A program made the position numbers and the translations under genes. Positions 63,908-64,000 of a stretch of 64,000 nt of DNA are shown piece by piece. The notes below the pieces were generated by a model, which was given only the letters and a program-made list of their open reading frames with translations, was not told where the DNA came from and did no database searches. Location of the stretch: positions 26,660,001 to 26,724,000 of the forward strand of contig OZ024748.1 in NCBI GenBank assembly GCA_964016885.1. The letters are read 5' to 3'. Source of the stretch: Eledone cirrhosa. Taxonomy: Eukaryota. The stretch's first letter is position 1, and each line of letters begins with the position of its first letter.

Positions 63908-64000
63908 TACAATCTGAGTTCAAATCCCGTTGAGGTTAACTTTGACTTTCATCATTTCGGCGTCGATAAAATAAAGTACCAGTAATGTACTGAGTAATTG
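63908..64000 (+). mobile_element. SINE family A, running off the window end
   Basis: CTGAGTTCAAATCCCG..CTTTCATC..GTCGATAAAATAAAGTACCAG. Confidence 0.88.

Overview
AT-rich, microsatellite-saturated animal genomic DNA. The repeat families are most like an octopus or other coleoid cephalopod (inference from repeat style, not a database match). No host protein-coding gene can be identified with confidence; nearly all listed ORFs are artefacts of (TA)n, (CA)n or triplet repeats. The real coding remnants are all transposable elements: a 5'-truncated RTE LINE with a 730-codon open RT frame and an embedded PHD-like zinc finger (46607-49265) plus many RTE fragments, two Penelope-like (GIY-YIG) remnants, a Helitron fragment, a deleted DD37D maT/mariner, and a decayed CRE-like RLE domain. 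There are also two tRNA-derived SINE families, piggyBac, hAT and Tc1 MITEs, and several minisatellites. The most notable hidden layer is RNA structure. By hand I found about 14 type I hammerhead ribozyme motifs from many unrelated sequence families (four well-formed, the rest variant or decayed), mostly in tiny non-coding Penelope-type terminal fragments lodged in (TA)n tracts. Several fragments are fold-back palindromes whose symmetry centre lies in the ribozyme's own stem I or stem II loop. There is also a possible truncated HDV-like ribozyme and a few candidate splice-flanked exons around 25.7-29.5 kb. All folds were paired by eye, and element boundaries are approximate unless termini are quoted.
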